Below, piece by piece: positions 27,620-39,890 of a stretch of 64,000 nucleotides of DNA. Origin of the DNA: the human T2T-CHM13v2.0 reference genome, Homo sapiens; NCBI RefSeq assembly GCF_009914755.1, contig NC_060938.1. One strand, written 5' to 3'. Each line of letters opens with the position of its first letter. Position 1 is the stretch's first letter. Both the position numbers and the translations under genes were made by a program. The notes beneath the pieces are model-generated. The model was not told where the DNA came from, did no database searches, and saw nothing but the letters and a program-made list of their open reading frames with translations.

Positions 27620-28110
27620 AACGTGTCACAGAAAATAGCGGGGGAAAGGTTTAAATGGATCTTTATCTTGAAAAGTAAAACCTCAAAAATAGTCTGATAT
27701 TGCACTGGATAGAGATTTGAGTTTTCACTGCCACCCTGCGCTGGTTGTTAGAATGCAAGGAGAATGCATTGTTTGAGTTTGTTATCTGTTCTCCCAGGAA
27801 AATGATTGGCCACGCTGCACGGGCGGCTGCATGTGAACCCCCCACGACAGTCACAGGCCCCTCGACACGGTGCTCAGACCATCTCCCTGGAAGCATCCTT
27901 CCCTCCACCACCCTTAGCAATCAGCTCGCCTTTGATTTTCACCTGGAATGACTCAGCGGGCACTGATCCGTCAGTGGCTTTGCAGGCACCTGCGCTGTCC
28001 CACCCATCATTCTCAGCTCCCGAAACCGCATCAGTCACAGGCAACTTAACTGCAGTCCCCGGTGACCGGCCACTATTGGGAGACTGACCAATAAGGACTG
28101 GAAGGGAATC
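27620..28110. promoter_or_regulatory. Candidate enhancer island
   Basis: GATA-type TTATCT twice, TCF CCTTTGAT at 27929-27936, TGACTCAGC at 27949-27957, and CCAAT. Confidence 0.4.
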
Positions 28111-29045
28111 AATGTTGGGGCAAGTTTGGATGAGGGGGTTGAGCAGGCTGCCTCCCTCCAGACATCCCCCAGGGGACCCCCTTTTCCTCTCACTGTTTGT
28201 GCTCCCAGCCTGCCTCTCTCTGGGCCTCCTCCCTTCCTTTTTCACCTGGACGCACCTCCTGGCCCTACAGAAAGAATGGAGGTCGGCACCCCATCTCCCA
28301 GGCCAAGGAGGGCAGCTCCCTGCAGCGATGTCGGGGTATGGAGGGCAGGGGCCGGGAGCAGGGGGCTTCACTCCAGGCTACAGCCAGTTCCCCCAAGTCG
28401 GGGTCAAAATTACAGCCTATCCCACGGCCCACCCATCCTCTGCCCTCCCTTATCCAGTCAAGGTCCCTATCCAGTCCAGGTGTGCAGGTGAGGGATTCCG
28501 AGCTGGGAAGGGCAGGCAGACAGTTCCTGCAGGCTCCCGCTCACATCCAGGGCTTTTTAGGGACCCTGCCCCAAAAGAGGTCCTTGAAGCCACTTGGAGA
28601 ATGCCCAGCTGTGGATGTGTCCAGACAGCAGCCAAGGACGCTCAGGCCAGCGGGAGCCGCTGAGATCAGCCAGGCCCAGCCTAGCCCAGTGGACGGCTCC
28701 TGCTGCACCCTCCCTCCTGGGCTGGGCCTGCCAACTCTCACAACTCCCACTCCAGCCACGGCCAGACCTGAGATCCTCTCCTCCCTGAGGCTAAAACATC
28801 TACCACATTCGGCTGGTGGCTGCCCCAGCTCTGCCTCAGGTCCCTGACAGGCCGGCCCCCTGCTGCTGGCAGCCAGGCACTGGAGTGACACATCTGTCTG
28901 TGCCCACACCTCCTCCTGGGGTCTCAAGTCTTCCAGAAGGGGTCGCGAGTCTTCCAGGAGGTCCGCCCCAACCTGTGATGCTCCTGTTGTGGGCGGGGGA
29001 GCAGCTATGACGGTGGGGAGAATTGCCAGTGCAGGAAGGACCCAC

Positions 29046-29192
29046 GGGTGCTGCTGTGAGGGTGGTTTTGGGGTGCCGCTGTGAGGGTGGTTTTGGGGTG
29101 CCGCTGTGAGGGTGGTTTTGGGATGCTGCTGTGAGGGTGGTTTTGGGGTGCCAAGTGACGGTGGTTTTGGGGTGCTGTTGTGAGGGTGGCTT
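29046..29192. repeat. Minisatellite, 25-bp unit x~6
   Basis: GGGTGCCGCTGTGAGGGTGGTTTTG with starts at 29046, 29071, 29096, 29121 and 29146. Confidence 0.95.
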
Positions 29193-30524
29193 TGCTTCCA
29201 CCTGAATGCAGAGCTCGCCTCCTTCGGCTCTCCCTCCCCCCGGGTGAGCAGCCCAATCCCGGGGACCTGTGCTAGCCCCTGTCTCGTGGCCTGTTACTGC
29301 TGAGGACAGACCTGACGGCAGTCCCGGTAGGTCAGATCCCGGGGGCACCCGCGAGACCTGGGGCAGGAGGTGGGCAGGTGCCAACCTCGGGCACAACTCC
29401 AGTGCGCAGCGTCCATGCCCGGGTGGCTGCCGTGTTGTCCTGCTGTGGCTCAGCCTGTCCCCTTCGCAGGGAATTGGCTGTGGGAGATCTACTTTGCAAT
29501 AAACCCGTCCATAAAAGTGAAATGTCGATTGAAGGCTCTGTCTCGTGGGGAATCGGTTTTGATGTCCCTGTGCATCTTGCAGAAGCAGATGCTGGGCCTC
29601 AGCAGCATCACAGGGAGCTGCGCCTGGCCAGGGAAAGTCTGGAACTGCCCAAAGAACTTCTGCTCACCAGACCTGGGCCCCAAGCAGCAGCCCTGGGTAA
29701 CCTCCCTCTGGGAACCAGCGGGACAGAACCAGGGGGAAGGCTGGGGACGGGGAGGACAAGGGAGTGAAGGGGGCTGGAAGGACAGAGAGGGAAAGGAAAC
29801 TTCTCACCCACCTCCACTCACCAGACGCCCTCCACTCATCTCTGCCAAACCTGGGCGATCTCACCTATGACATCTTGCAATGAGACAGGCGGCATCACCT
29901 ATTTTATAGGAGCACCAGGTTAAGCCACTGGCCGAAGTACCCGGTAGGAGACAGGCTGTGTGCAGAGGCCAGGCGTGCGTCAGGCTAACTTCAGGAGCCT
30001 GGACTCAGGGTGGTGGGTAGGGCCAGACCACGGGAGGCACCTGGCACAAAACCCAAGGAAGCCCTCTCAGGGGGTGCCAGCCCCTCCCCGCACCCCACAG
30101 GGCCCAAGATCGTGTGCCTCCTCCTCTTGGCATCCTCCACGGATGATGCACCGGGCCTGGTGGAGAAGGCGTCTCTCTGCGGAAGCCACATCAGCAAAGG
30201 AACCAAGAAGGAAGGGGACCAAAATAACCAGCTGGCCACTGCCGGGGCAGGGACGCCCACAGCTGCTGACAGCCAGAAAAGAGAGACCAGCAGAAGGGGC
30301 ACACGGCCGGGTGGGGGTCAGAGCAGCACCCCCGTGGGTCCCACCTCTAGCTACATCAACCAACGCCAGGCCAGGCAGGGGACTGAGGACAGTGGGCGTG
30401 GTGCCACCGCCACAGACCCTGGGCACACTCTGGGACAAACAGCCAGCCTCTGCAAAACACAAACTGCACAGGGGAAAAGACCGGCAGAGGCGCAACCCTG
30501 TAGAAACAGACACAGGACACCGGG

Positions 30525-30815
30525 GAGATGTGAACGGTAGCTAAGTATGCAATGATGTGAAGACGTTGTTTTTCATTGTTAGGTATAACCACACTGTGGC
30601 TACTTTTCAAGGCGGCCTTATTGTTTAGCGATATTTACAGATACATGAATCCAACCCTGGGGATTTGCTCCAAACCCCCCAGGTGTGGACATGCAGATGC
30701 TGGAGAGGAGAGAGGAGACTGCGGGTCGGCACTGGGAGGCTGGCGGAGGGAAACGGAGTCCACAGCACTGTCCCCTCCCCGTGGTGTGCTTGGAATTCTC
30801 CACAACCACCTTTTG
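30525..30815 (+). mobile_element. L1ME/MC 3' UTR fragment, GC-shifted
   Basis: TTAGGTATAACCACACTGTGGCTAC...GATATTTACAGATAC...GGGGATTTGCTCCAAA...GCTTGGAATTCTCCACAAC follows the L1ME3/MC4 3' end layout. Confidence 0.5.
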
Positions 30816-32214
30816 AGGAAGGAGCTCACATAGAGACCCGCAGAGGGGCCTGGCCACTCTGGGGTGTCAGGGGCAACAGGGCCCCACTGCCCAACCCATC
30901 CACTCTGGGAAGGGGCCCTTCCTCTGTGCAGCCCCTCCAGTCCTCAGCCTGGGACCCCCCCCCCACCATTGTGAGCCAAACACTCCCTGAGGCACAAGGA
31001 TCCAGGCCTCTCGAGTGGAGGGCGGGAGCCGAGCAGGGAAAGCCAAGGCCGCCTGGGGTGAGGAGACAGGAGGGCAGGAGGGGGCTGGAGCTGACTGGAG
31101 GTCCCAAGTTCAGAGGTGGGGCACCCCATGGCCGCTGTCTGTCCACAGCTCTGTGGCACCTGTGGATTTGGCCAACACCCCCTCCGCAGTGAGGGGGGAC
31201 CCCCAAGAGGAGGGGCCACCTCTGTCCTGCTGTTCCCTAAGCCCCAGCACTCACACACATCCCTGAATCCCTCGCTGTGCCACCATCAGCCTTGCAGCCA
31301 CCATCGGGCGGCGTCCTGCCTTCCTCCCTCTGAAAGGCCTACTTTGGGAGGTCAGCCCGACTCAGAGGCGAGGCTGCAGAGCTGGACCTTCGGGAACCTT
31401 CACAACCCAGCCACAACGGCCCCCAGCACCCGCAGCCTGCCGAAGGCATGCTTCTATCCTCAGCCTCGCTGCCCTCCTGCAGGCCGGGGCCTCCCTCCTG
31501 CAATGCTGGCTGTGGGTGGCTGCCAGCGAACGTCCAGCTGTCACCCCAGCCCCCGCGGCATCTCCTGTCCCCACACAACAAGCCAGGCAGGGCTCGGGCT
31601 GGGAGGAAGGGGCCCTGGGCTCCCCTTCGTCTGCCTGGACTGTGAGGGCCTGGGGCAGTGTGCCAGCTTCATCGAATGATGTCAGAGAAGCTCATTCCGC
31701 TGGAGCTCGGAGCCTCAACGGCCACCCAGGAAGCCCTCAGAGTGGCTGCGGCCCCTTTCAAGGGGAGAGAAGGGCAGGAGCCATGCTAGGCCTCGGAGGG
31801 GTGGGGGTATGCCTACCTTGGAAGGCAAAGACCCCCGGACTCTGCTCCCCGCCCTCCCCTCAGCACCGCTGTGACTCCTCTGTGCAGGGGGCAAACTGCA
31901 CCTCAGAAGAGTCCCATGGCCCATGGTCATGGCAGCTGGACTCAAGCCTGAGTCTGCATGGGGTGACACCAGGAGCAGCAGAGCCAGGACTTCTGGTGGC
32001 CCTGAGCTCCTCTGCACCAGACCCCTGAGCCCATCCCAGGCCCAGGGAGCCCAGGCTGGGAGGGGGAGGCAGGCTGCCACTGAGCCATGGAGACCAGTTT
32101 CCCCCAGCTGCCCAGGGCACGGGGCAGCCCCAGCATCGCTTTGCCATGTTCCTAACCCACACCGCCAGGCCCCGTGCTCCAGAGTGAGCCTGTCTCCGAT
32201 CCAATACGCTCTCC

Positions 32215-32455
32215 TTCCTGGCTAATCCAGTTGGAGACTTTTCAACCTCACTATAATTTACAAGGCAGCTGGAGCACAGGATATTTTTAATAAAAATTAG
32301 GTACAAGCAGATACAGGGGATTAATAGTTGTATTATGATTTTATAGTTCTCCATATACAGCGGCACGGAAAAGACAATCAGAGAGCAGGGCCATTTCAGG
32401 CAGATAAAATGGGGCATTTATTTTTAATGGAAAGATAATTTCAGGATGCATCCAG
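32215..32455. promoter_or_regulatory. AT-rich candidate developmental enhancer
   Basis: TAATCC at 32223, GGATTA at 32318, TAATAAAA at ~32288, TGATTTTATAG at 32336, and AGATAA at 32402 and 32433. No repeat similarity recognised. Confidence 0.5.
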
Positions 32456-32689
32456 CCATGGAGAAAGCTGCTGAGGCACTGCGCTGGGCAGAACAAAGAG
32501 GAGGCTGGAGGCTCGGCGGCCTCACTGAAAAGCCCTGTGGAGAGATTCTGGGCTTGCGGGACCAGGGGCAGGCTCCCCACCTAGTGGGTCTCCAGGTGGG
32601 GATCAGCAGTCCAAAATCAGAGCCATGTGAGCCCTGCCAGAAAGAAGGACCCAGGAGGGGTCCAGCCCCTCACCTGCCTGCTGTGCAGC

Positions 32690-32750
32690 TGTGGGCGAGT
32701 CTCTCTGAGCCTCAGTTTCCCTACCTGTACAGCAAGGACTGGATGAGCTC
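32690..32750. mobile_element. MIR core fragment
   Basis: CTCTCTGAGCCTCAGTTTCCCTACCTGTA. Confidence 0.65.
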
Positions 32751-34367
32751 CTAGAAAAGCGGCTGCTCTGCAGAGCTGGGGAGGGGGTTGTGGAGATGGC
32801 CATCCACAGTCATCTCTGCTCCTTTCCCAGGAGCAAACACCCAACTGAGCATCTGCCATCTGCCCTGGGGTCACAGCTTCCCTTCCCTCAAGTTCAATCT
32901 CAGTGGCTTGAGGCCACCAGCGCTGTCCCTGGGGACACAGCTCTTCTTCCCCCATCTCCCATCCCCACCCCACCCCAGTCATATCCAGCAGGGGCTGAGC
33001 CTCTCCAGGAGCTACGAGGCTGGCTTTGAAGCCCAGAGCTTGAAAAAGGCACTATAGATGGAAAAGAAGCTGTCGGGGCTGCCATCTTCAAAGCCAGAGG
33101 CTGTGGCAGCTGAAGCCCCTGCTTGGGCTTTGCTGGAGCCCCGGCTTGGGCTTTGCTGGAGCACATCGTTCTGAAGACATGCCCAGCCCTGCCCCTCACC
33201 CCAGGCTCCCAGCCTCCTGCATGAAGCTCTGCACCCCTGGAGGGACGAGGGACTAGGGGGCCACTCAGGAGCAGGTGGGGCACTCAGGGATAGACAAGAG
33301 GGCTGCGGTGACACTGTGCCTGGGCTGGTCCCCCGGGGTCCAGGGCTCTCCTCTGGCCCAGAGGGACACCCGAGCTCCCTGTGCAGCCTTGTCCAACCTG
33401 GAGCTCAGAGGAAGTGGCCATCATGGCCCTCAAATCCTGTCCCAGTGGACACTGGCAATGGGCTGGCCCGGCCAGACAGGCTCACGTGGGCCAGAGGGTC
33501 ACCCCCTCTTCCTGCAGCCCAAGGAGAGGAGCCCAAAAGGAGATCCCCTCAGGGACTTCCAGCCCACACAGACTGAGGATGCCCAAACCAAATTATGGCC
33601 AAAGGCCCCGGGGAGCTGAGAGAAGACAGGGAGTCAGGGAAGGCAGCGTCTGCAGGAGCCCCCAGGCCCCCTCACCCACCCAGGGAGTGACGCCCTGAGC
33701 CCCCACAGCCAGCCCCCAGCCAGGCCCCCAGGCCCTGCAGGAAATGGTCACTGTGTCCACTCCCGGCTGGCCACCCCTCCCCAGTAAGAGTCTCTAACCT
33801 GACCCTTCCCTAGTTGCCCCAGAACCTTCCAGAATCAAAGGAAACCACAGACTTCTCTGCCATGTCTTCTAGTTCCCAGGGAGCAGGAGACCCTCCTCCG
33901 CACAGCCCATCTGAGGGCAAGGCTGGAGAGGCTTCTGCTCCCCTGTCTAGATCCCCCTCTGGAGCCAGCAGCAGATGCCTGACAGAGAGAAGCAGTTCCA
34001 GTGCTGAGAGGCCTGGCAAAGTCCCTCAGGTGCTCAGGCTCTGACGGGCCACGGCTCGTGGAGAGAGCAGTGTGCCAGATCACCCCTACTCTTCTTCCAG
34101 GGACCACCTCCCCACCATTCCAGGACACACCAACAGACCCTGTGTGTCGGGCTCAGGAGCTGCCCAAGGGTCTGATGTCCCAGGCTTGTGAGGAGTGGGC
34201 CACCAAGAGGATGGGCATGCTTGGCTGGGGACCCCCAGCCAATCCAGGTGGGATTCACTTAACTCTCTGTGCTTGACACCCAGAAGTCACCAAATGAAGG
34301 GACCCACAAAATCACTCATGGTGAACACGGCTCCATAGGGATATAGGCTCAAATCACAAGGGCCCAT

Positions 34368-34907
34368 CTCAGCTGGGAAGGTAGACCCAGGCTCGGCTGG
34401 GAGGTGAACTCAGACTTGACTGGGAGGTAGACCCAGGCTCAACAGGGAAATGAACTCAGACTCGGTTGGGATGATGGCCACAGGCTCAGCTCGGAAGTGG
34501 ACTCAAGCTCAGCTGAGGTGATGGTCCTAGGTTCAGCTGGGAGGTGGACTCAGGCTCAGCTGGGATGATGGACTCAGGCTCAGCTGGGAGGTGGACTCAG
34601 GCTCAGCTGGAAGGTGGGCCCAGACTCAGCCAGGAAGTGAACTCAGGCTCAGATGGAAAGTGGCCCCAGGCTCAGCTGGGAGGTGGACCCAGACTTAGCT
34701 GGGAGGTGGAATCAGGCTCAGCTAGGAGGAGGAACCAGGCTCAGCTGGGAGGTGAACTTAGGCTCAGCTGGAAGGTGAACTCAGGCTCAGCTGGAAGGTG
34801 GCCCCAGGCTCAGCTGTGAGGTAGAGTCAGGCTCAGCTGGGGTGATGGACCCAGGCTCAGCTGGGAGGTGGACTCAGGTTTGGCTAGGGAGGTAAACTGA
34901 GGCTCAG
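34368..34907. repeat. Degenerate minisatellite, 23-bp unit x~23
   Basis: Consensus GGCTCAGCTGGGAGGTGGACTCA. Confidence 0.95.
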
Positions 34908-34914
34908 TACAGGT

Positions 34915-35400
34915 TGAAGCACCATCACCAGGGCAGCCGTGACAGGTGATGACGTTGGACTGCTTTTGTATGAAAGAGGCAGCGCTTAGTTCTCACTAGA
35001 AGAGACGCTTAATCTGAATATGGACTGGTCTTTCCTGGCCACAAGGCTTCTGCAAATATGACCATCTTTCCCCATCAGCCTGGCCTTCCGCACAACATTG
35101 CTGTTAGCCAAGGGTCTCCCTTCGAGCTGCAATGGACTCAACCTCACAGAATCCACTGGTCTGACGTCCCCACTGTCTGGCAGCTGCCAGCCTGAGAGGC
35201 TGGCAGACTGGCCTTCGGAGACTCAGGGATGGCGCCAGCTGGGTGGCGATGCCCTGTGGGGCCTGCCAGGGCCCTGAAGGATACAGTGCAGGCTCCCAGT
35301 CAGTGACCCACAGCTGGGATTCACGGTCTGGGGATCTGGGGCTGGAAATTGGGGCTTTTCATGTGGTCACCTCTGTGATAGTTACAACTCACCCTTTGAC
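34915..35400 (+). mobile_element. ERVL-class internal (integrase) relic
   Basis: GTGACAGGTGATGACGTTGGAC...AGAGACGCTTAATCTGAATATGGACTGGTCTTTCCTG...GCTTCTGCAAATATGACCATC...CACAACATTGC...GAATCCACTGGTC...GGATTCACGGTC parallels the ERVL integrase coding sequence (WQVDYIG...IDTYSGYGFAFP...HSIASDQG...IHW) as recalled. Confidence 0.7.
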
Positions 35401-35754
35401 TCTCACAGCCTGGTCCTTGAACTGCAGATGTGTCAGCCAATCTCAGAGCCAAGCCCAGCAGCTCCAGGCCAGATGGCCTCACCCACCTCCAGCCCAAGAG
35501 CATCCTCTTAGGAGGGGGGTTAAACTGAGCCTCCAGAGACCACCTTCCCGTGGCACCTGCTCGTAAACTAACTCATCCGGGAGGTGGGGGACCACTGGGT
35601 TCCACATATGGAAACAAGGGTGGTGGGAGAGGCGGGGTGCACAGGGCCGAGCTCCTCAGCAGGGTCCCCATGGATGGGACAATCAACAAATGCAGAGCAC
35701 ACCTAGGAGCCTGCAAGGCCGCCCTGCTGCCCGCGGCCCCTGCAGAACCAAGAG

Positions 35755-35945
35755 GCTTCCACTTTCTAAATCACACAAATTAATTTAGAAATCAGAGCGG
35801 CTCCCACAGCTAGACTGCAGGTTTCAAAATAGCTTAACAAATTACCAAATCCCCTTTAAGAAGACAAATTATTCCAGCTCCTCCACCAGCACCTGGTTAA
35901 TGATGCATGCACTTTTGTTAGGCGTTAAATATTCACTAGCTGTGG
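35755..35945. promoter_or_regulatory. AT-rich candidate enhancer
   Basis: AAATTAATTT palindrome at 35777-35786, repeated CAAATTA, and TTAATGA. Confidence 0.4.
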
Positions 35946-37097
35946 GTTTGCACTTGTGACCCGTTGCCTCATTTCTATGTGGGCTGGCTGTTGTGCCCCA
36001 TGCTGTCCCAGCACCCGGGGATGCTGGCCTTGGGACCACCGTGCAAGGTGACGGCCCAGCGGTTCCACCTTCCCTGACCATGGCCATGGCTCACCTCTGC
36101 CTGCCCAGGGCTGCCCTTGGTGCAGGCAGAGCCCACATCCCCTCACCAGCCTTCCAGGCCGTGCCATAGCCTTGGCATGTGAGGCCTCCTTGCCACCCGG
36201 CCTCCCTCCATCCCCATCTCCAGGCACACTCACCCACTGGCATCTCCCCGGGGCTGCTGTGGCCTTTGTCCCTCTTCCTGGTCTGATGCACACCCAGGGA
36301 CAGACATGGGGTTTTCCTGACCCGAGTTTCAGGCCTCCAGTTCCTGACCAGCTTCTCCACACTGGCCCCACAGGCAGAGTGTGCCTCGCCCGCAGAGACG
36401 AGGTTATGTTCCCCGACCATGGGCGTTCAGGGGGTGGGAGACCAGGAGGGCACTCAGGCATCCAGCACTGCCATCCTTCTTGAGGCAGGTCCCCAGGCTG
36501 CCAGAGTTGTGGCCCAGACTCCCTGGACAGCAGAGACACCTGGTCAGGACTCAACCCCAGGGCCAACTAGAGGGAGCTGAGCCCTGGGAGGACCTGCAAC
36601 CCTAGTGGGGCCACCAGAGAAGTCCCTCCCTCCTCTTCCCCAAGACTTGACAGCCGGGCTGTGCCCTGAACCCGCCCCTACTCCCCCTAGGCTGCCTGGG
36701 CGCCCCGCATTCACTGTTTCCACTCTTGACAGATGGGGAAGGGGGAGCCAGGCAGGAAGGAATGCCCCACCCAGGGGCCCCCCAGCAACAGTGCCACCCA
36801 GCCCAGGACCCCGGCTTCACACAGACAGGCTCCCCAGCTGCAGGGGCTTTCCTCGCCCTCCCTCTCCTCACACTGGGGCTCTTCTGATTTGAGATCAACT
36901 TCCAAATGTCTTTCTTGAATGTTCTGCCTAATTAACTTCACATTAAGAGGACTGAAAAGGACATGGCAGCCGTGCCAATCCACAGCCTGCCCCACCGCGA
37001 CGGGGAGAAGCACATCTCACTCAGCCTCCGACGCCTGCCACTTCATGCGTGCAGGCCTGGCTCCTCCTCGTCCAGGACAGTCAGCCCTGCTCCCCGG

Positions 37098-37285
37098 TGC
37101 ACACACACACGCACACACACACTCACACAAATGCACGCACATCCATGCATGCATACATGTATGCGTATGTCCACACCCACATACATGGACACAGATATAT
37201 ACATGCCACACACGCACACACCCATATACACGCACATGCGTGCATTGCACACAGGCACAAGCTTGCATGCTCACACATGCACACA
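37098..37285. repeat. (CA)n / CATG low-complexity tract
   Basis: Seen directly. Confidence 0.92.
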
Positions 37286-39070
37286 GCCAGGAGCAAGCTC
37301 CTGAAGCCACTGAGTGGTGCCACCTTGTGCTTTGTCCTTGGGGACCAGCTGAGGAGCCACTGGCCAACAGGGACCACTCTTAGTGCCCCTTTTTCAGGCA
37401 CAGAGGAGCTGAGGCCAAGAAAGGGAAGGGGCCTGGTTCAGAGTCCCCCAGTGGCCACTGGCTGGGAAGCTCTGCAAGCTTGGGTGCCTGGCAGTGCCTT
37501 CCCCAGCCGCCCTCACCCCCCTGCCCCAGCCTTGTGACTCCCCTTGGCCCCACCAGTGACTGTGTCCACTTCCTCCTGAGCCCACAGCCCTTGACACCTG
37601 TCCTTGCCATAGCTGGGCCCAGCCACGCTCTTCAGCAGGCAATGTGGCCCCCTCCACAGGGTCTGAGCTGGGCACCAGCGTTCAGTAGTTAGGAGGTTCC
37701 ATATCTGTGTCCCCTGTCCAGCCTGGCTGGCAAAGTGGGGACTCAGCCTCTCTGTAGTCTCCACCTGCTTCCCTCCACCAGGCAGGTCTCCCCCTCACCT
37801 CCCACCCTCCTCCATCATCAGCTTCCCATCCCAGCCCCCAGAGGCCAGCAGGCTGGGGTGCCCTCCCCAGCCAGGTGGGGATGGGTGAGGGCTGGACTCC
37901 TTCCTCCCTGCCCCAGCTGCCTGCCCCACCATGTCTGGCCAGCATCCGCTTACAGAGCAAGAGATGTTCAGCTCAGCTTCCTGGGCCACCCAGCCTGCTG
38001 TCACCCTCCTCATCCCAGGAGAAATGGGACCCCGTTCCCTGCCTCGGGCCCCACCAGACACCTGGACTCCAGCGCACCCACCGGGACCCGCCCCTCAGCT
38101 CTTGTGAGCCTCACATGCCCAGGCCGAGCCACCGCCCTTCCCCTCGACAGCCCACAGGGCCCGAGGCTCCACAGAACCCCCCCAGCGTCCTCTGTAAGGA
38201 TCCAGCAGAGACACAGGCAGCTGCCCTGAGCAGCACGGAGGCTGGGGCAGGCGCCAGGTTCATGCTTTCACGCTCACTTTGGAAACTGTTGGTTCAGCAG
38301 TCTGGCCGACTACCTGCTCTGCGCACCGGTGACCTTAAAACCGTCCATGCTTATAAATCACCTGGGATTTACATACGGACTGGTGGCAGGTAATCTTTCA
38401 GAACTCCCCCCCACTCACACGCAGTCAGTGTGGTTACGCAGGATCAGGATCCTGGGTGGAGTGGAAGAGAGAATGAACTGACACGGGGCTGGGAGCCTGA
38501 CAGGCAGCATCATCAGGGAAGTTTACGGAGTGGGAGGCAGGGCTGCCTGTGCGTCCAGCTCCAGCTCAGCTCCAGCTCAGCTCCAGCTCAGCCAGGCACC
38601 CAGGCTCAGGTTGGAGGGGCCGCAGAGGCTGCTCCTCCTGCCCCGCTGATGTCCTCACCTCTGCTCAGCCCCTGCGTTGATGACCACCCCGTGGCTGGGA
38701 CCCCACCCAGCCTGCAGCCCTCCAACAAAGAGCCTCCAGGGCCTGCCCAGCGATGGGGAGTTCCTCCCTCTGGGGTTTGCTGGTTAAGAGCAAGTCTTGC
38801 TCCATGGAAAAGAAGTTCTAACGGCGGAATCCACACCAAGAGAAACGGCCACGAACAGCCTCTGCCCCACACGTCGCGTGGGCCCCAGAACCACAACGAG
38901 GAGGATCAAAAAAAGGAGTCAAATACTTCCTGGAGACATTTTCCAAGACCACTCCCACCCCATAGCAGAAGGAGGTATGCCAGCCCGCCATGTGTCCCCT
39001 CCACTTTGATGCTCCTTCAGCCATCACGGACTCTCAGAGCCCTGCCTGGGTCAGACTGTGCGGGCGGCAG

Positions 39071-39436
39071 TCAGGACTCTGTGTGAGCAGGAATCAAGGC
39101 CCAGGGTGGGCCAGGATCAGAGCTGAGTGAGCTAGAATCCGGGTCCAGGGTGGGCTGGGATCAGAGCTCAGAGTGAGCTAGAATCCAGGTCCAGGGTGGG
39201 CTGGGATCAGAGCTCAGGATGGGCTAGAATCAGGGTCCAGGGTGGACTGGGATCAGAGCTCAGAGTGGGCTAGAATCCGGGTCCAGGGTGGGCTGAGATC
39301 AAGACTCAGGGTGGGCTGGAATCAGGGCTCCATGTGTCTGGAATCAGGACTCAGTGTGAGCTAATGTTAGGCCTCTGTGTGAGGTGGATCAGGGCTCCAT
39401 GTGGGCTAGGATCCGGGCTCAGTTTGGGGCTGAGTC
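39071..39436. repeat. Minisatellite, 23-bp unit x~16 with a 46-bp dimeric higher-order repeat
   Basis: ATC recurs at 39160, 39183, 39206, 39229, 39252, 39275, 39298 and 39321. Units alternate GGGATCAGAGCTCAGAGTGAGCT and AGAATCCGGGTCCAGGGTGGGCT. Confidence 0.95.
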
Positions 39437-39827
39437 AAAATGCTCTGGCATGGCCTCACAGAGGTGGCTGGACTTGCTCATGGTCACACAGCAGGCGACA
39501 GGTGCTGGTGGAGCTCCTGGGTCCATGCGGCTCAGGCCCCATTGCTCTTCCCCACCTGCAGAAGAAGCCACCCACCCCCCTTGCAGCCCATGTCTGGGCT
39601 CTGAGTCCCTCAGAGCTCTACGGACACAGCTGTCTGGCCAATGAAAGGGGTGGCCAGGGTCCCCTGGGATCTGCACAGCACATGGGGTCCAAGCACATGG
39701 AAGGATGCTGGGCAGACACCCTGAGGCTCAGACCCACATGCCCCAGCAAGGACGGCTTGGAAACTACCTCACCACTCCCTGGCAGCCAGAGGGAGAGGGT
39801 CTCCCTGATGAGCCCAGGCTGCTCCCT

Positions 39828-39890
39828 GAGGGAGGGAGGGAGGGAGGGAGGGAGGGAGGGAGGGAGGGAAGGAGGAAGGGAGGGAGGGAG
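39828..39890. repeat. (GGGA)n microsatellite
   Basis: Seen directly. Confidence 0.97.

Noticed and set aside
34368-39436. True immunoglobulin switch region / IGH locus
   Set aside because: The arrays are short (<0.6 kb), and no constant-region exons, J segments or RSS were recognised.
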